Part shown: positions 29,509 to 32,000 of the stretch, in pieces | Layout of the letters: every line of letters begins with the position of its first letter | Position numbering within the stretch: the first letter of the stretch is position 1 | DNA from: an uncultured Synechococcus sp. | Lineage (GTDB): Bacteria; Cyanobacteriota; Cyanobacteriia; Thermosynechococcales; Thermosynechococcaceae | NCBI GenBank assembly: GCA_964653145.1 | Contig: CAZZCG010000009.1 | Location: 37,596-69,595 of the forward strand | Length of the DNA: 32,000 nucleotides | Direction: 5' to 3' | Made by a program: the position numbers and the translations under genes | The notes under the pieces: model-generated | What the model saw: only the letters and a program-made list of their open reading frames with translations | The model's database searches: none | Told to the model about the DNA's origin: nothing

Positions 29509-30558
29509 TTAAGGTTCCTGTTGAGTAATGCAGTGAAAGGCGCCGCCACCTGCCAATATCTGTTTAGCACTCAAGCCAATCGTTGTTCGGTCGGGAAAGA
29601 GTTGCCCAATTTTTTCAACCGCTAATTGATCAAAATCCGTGCCATAGGTGGGGACAATTACGGTTTTGTTAGCAATGTAGAAATTCACATAACTGGCGGG
29701 CATGACAGTATTTTCTTCATCTAAAACCAGGCCAGGGGAAGGAATTTTGATAATTTCTAGGGGGCGATCTTGGGCATCGGTAAAGGTGGCTAAATCCTCG
29801 GCAATTTGCTTAAGTGTGACGGCGTTAAAATCCTCATTAGTGAGGCTTTCCATACAGACCACGACACCCGGCTGAACAAACCGCACCAGGGTATCAATGT
29901 GGCCATCAGTGTGATCATTCTCTAAGCCTTGATCCAGCCAGAGGATTTTTTCATACCCCAATGCCGCGGTTAAATAGTCTTCAATCTCGGCCTGGTTTAA
30001 TTGTGGGTTGCGGTTGGGATTGAGTAAACATTGTTTTGTGGTTAAGCAGGTTCCGGCCCCATCGGTTTCTATGGCCCCGCCTTCTAAGACAAACGGCAAG
30101 TCAAAATTGGGAACATCCACCCTGCGAGCAATCTCAGATCCAACGCGGTCATCTCCTGGCAAACAATATTTTCCGCCCCAACCATTGAACTGAAATCTGA
30201 CGGTGGCTTTTTGGTGCTGATCATTGACTAAGAAAATGGGCCCCGTATCCCGTACCCAAATGTCACCAAAGGGAATTTGAAAAAACTGTGGCTGAAGATG
30301 GCCGATTAATGACCTGGCCTGGGCTTGTCCAAGATCATCTAAAACTAGAATCTTCAGGTCTTCCCCCTGTAAAACTCCGGTAACTGGATCAGGAGCCGCA
30401 ATGGCCTGGCATAACTGGGCAAATTCCTGTTGAACACCAGCTAACTTTTTCCCCCACAAATCGCTATGACTCGGAAATGCTAACCAACAGGCCTGGTGGG
30501 GCTGCCATTCTGGAGGTTGAAAAAATCCCTGTTGCGCTGGAAAATTGCTCACTTTCAC
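29509..30558 (-). CDS. aguA: Agmatine deiminase
   Basis: 349 aa; WLAFPSHSDLWG, IWVRDTGPIFLV, VLEGGAIETDGAGTCLTTKQCLLN, AGGGAFHCITQQEP. Confidence 0.95.
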   Translation of the reverse strand: MKVSNFPAQQGFFQPPEWQPHQACWLAFPSHSDLWGKKLAGVQQEFAQLCQAIAAPDPVTGVLQGEDLKILVLDDLGQAQARSLIGHLQPQFFQIPFGDIWVRDTGPIFLVNDQHQKATVRFQFNGWGGKYCLPGDDRVGSEIARRVDVPNFDLPFVLEGGAIETDGAGTCLTTKQCLLNPNRNPQLNQAEIEDYLTAALGYEKILWLDQGLENDHTDGHIDTLVRFVQPGVVVCMESLTNEDFNAVTLKQIAEDLATFTDAQDRPLEIIKIPSPGLVLDEENTVMPASYVNFYIANKTVIVPTYGTDFDQLAVEKIGQLFPDRTTIGLSAKQILAGGGAFHCITQQEP

Positions 30559-30565
30559 CCCAGGC

Positions 30566-31513
30566 CTAGAGAACAGATTCTAAAAGTTTGATGTTACTGG
30601 CGATGTTAGCAGCGGAGGTTTGCAGGGCCTGGAGTTCTTCAGCGTTTAGCGGTAGTTCAATGAGTTGTTCAACTCCATTAGCCCCAAGTTTGATCGGAAC
30701 CCCCATACAGACCCCAGAAATCCCATAATCGCCCTCCAAATAAACCGATGCGGGGACAATGCGTTGATGACTGTTCAAAATAGCGGCAACCATTTCGGCT
30801 GTGGCGGCGGCGGGGGCATAGTAAGCACTTCCAGATTGCAGCAAACTGACAATTTCGGCACCTCCATTGCGGGTGCGTTCAACTAAGGGCTCAATCTGCT
30901 CGCGAGGGAGTAACTCCGAGAGGGGAATACCATTGACCGTCGTGTGGCGCGCTAAGGGAACCATCAAATCCCCATGTCCCCCCAAGACCATGGCCCGAAT
31001 ATCCCGCCGACTAATTTGTAACTCCCAGGCAATGAATTGGGCAAACCGGGCTGAGTCTAAAATTCCGCCCATGCCTAAAACGCGATGTTTCGGAATCCCA
31101 CTGACTTTCCAGGCCAAATGGGTCATGACATCGAGGGGATTGGTGACGACAATCAGTTTGGCATCCGGGGCCTGGATGAGAGCTTGTTCTGTGATGCTTT
31201 GGACGAGTTGCCCATTGATTTTGAGCAGATCCTCCCGACTCATGCCTGGTTTGCGCGGAAAGCCCGCGGTGATCACAACAATTTCAACATCTTTGAGATC
31301 GCTGTAATCTTCAGTCCCAAGAATGCTGCAATTGCCACCGGTGATCGCCTGGGCCTGGTTTAAATCGAGGGCTAAACCCTTTGTTCGGTTGGGAATTACA
31401 TCTAGGAGCACCACATTAGCTAAATCCAGTTCTAAAATCCGGCGTGCTAAGGTACTCCCGACATTTCCGGCCCCAATAATCCCAATCTGGGCGGATCGTG
31501 GCAAGCTGACCAC
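30566..31513 (-). CDS. mdh: Malate dehydrogenase (LDH-like type)
   Basis: 315 aa; IGIIGAGNVGSTLARRI, VVITAGFPRKPGMSREDLL, MGGILDSARFAQFIA, GGHGDLMVPL. Confidence 0.92.
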   Translation of the reverse strand: MVSLPRSAQIGIIGAGNVGSTLARRILELDLANVVLLDVIPNRTKGLALDLNQAQAITGGNCSILGTEDYSDLKDVEIVVITAGFPRKPGMSREDLLKINGQLVQSITEQALIQAPDAKLIVVTNPLDVMTHLAWKVSGIPKHRVLGMGGILDSARFAQFIAWELQISRRDIRAMVLGGHGDLMVPLARHTTVNGIPLSELLPREQIEPLVERTRNGGAEIVSLLQSGSAYYAPAAATAEMVAAILNSHQRIVPASVYLEGDYGISGVCMGVPIKLGANGVEQLIELPLNAEELQALQTSAANIASNIKLLESVL

Positions 31514-31726
31514 TTATTTACTAACTTCCAGTTGATCAACCCGTAACCAAATCGTCGGAGTTGGAACCGGGAATTTAATTTGGGCATAGTCGCCTTTGAG
31601 ATCAACCACTTCCCCGCGACCGGCAAAGATATAGGGGGGTAACCGGGGATCACTGGCCTGGGCTTCGAGGCTATCGGCAAATTTATCAGCCAGAACCTTA
31701 ACGAATTCACCTTTTTTGATGGTCAT
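31514..31726 (-). CDS. ndhO: NAD(P)H-quinone oxidoreductase subunit O
   Basis: [70 protein letters not shown], 70 aa; internal Met start. Confidence 0.93.
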   Translation of the reverse strand: MTIKKGEFVKVLADKFADSLEAQASDPRLPPYIFAGRGEVVDLKGDYAQIKFPVPTPTIWLRVDQLEVSK

Positions 31727-32000
31727 AGAACGCGATGCCTGGAGACTATCTCCCAATTTTACGCAACTGTGTTCGGGGTTGGGCTGTTAATTTATAGAAA
31801 AACCTGGAGATCACGGTCTGGGAGGGGCGGTGTTAACGGCCATAATTCACTTGGGCTTGGGCACAGTAGGGGCATTATTGATTTGGTTCATCTTCCAGCA
31901 GATTTTCGAGGAACAGAGAGATTCATCTCCCCTAGCCTCTTGGTTTGGATGTGTTTTGATTGGCTTGTTCTGTGCAAGCTTGTCTCAAGTAAGTCCTTGG

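Noticed and set aside
30867-31307. Plus-strand 146 aa ORF and neighbours 31085..31363, 31323..31535
   Set aside because: Antisense to mdh, which is unambiguous.
1-32000. CRISPR array, rRNA or transposase gene
   Set aside because: No short regularly spaced repeats, rRNA-like sequence or transposase/integrase motifs were found on either strand by eye.

Overview
Cyanobacterial chromosomal window. Most of it is ordinary housekeeping and photosynthesis gene content: a GH13 alpha-amylase-family gene running off the left edge, fabH-plsX, FHA+PrsW protease, lipoate/biotin ligase-like gene, leuS, the complete inducible NDH-1MS CO2-uptake operon (ndhF3-ndhD3-cupA-cupS), nblS/hik33-type histidine kinase, an alpha/beta hydrolase, recR, rpsN, an RsmB-type rRNA methyltransferase, aguA/aguB, mdh and ndhO. 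The unusual part is a compact ~5.5 kb accessory/defense island at about 10.05-15.57 kb, between leuS and cupS. It contains a truncated Phd-like antitoxin remnant, a PIN-domain toxin/antitoxin pair, a convergent type II restriction endonuclease / C5-cytosine methyltransferase pair bracketed by a ~163 bp direct repeat (offset exactly 2268 bp), an overlapping two-gene operon encoding a protein with a C-terminal J-domain and a protein with an HNH-like C-terminus (the best candidate for an undescribed system), a 100 bp 3' fragment of a second cupS gene, and a HicBA pair. Sequence-wide, the 7-mer CCAGGCC/GGCCTGG is strikingly over-represented. All family calls are from reading the protein sequences; no database search was run.
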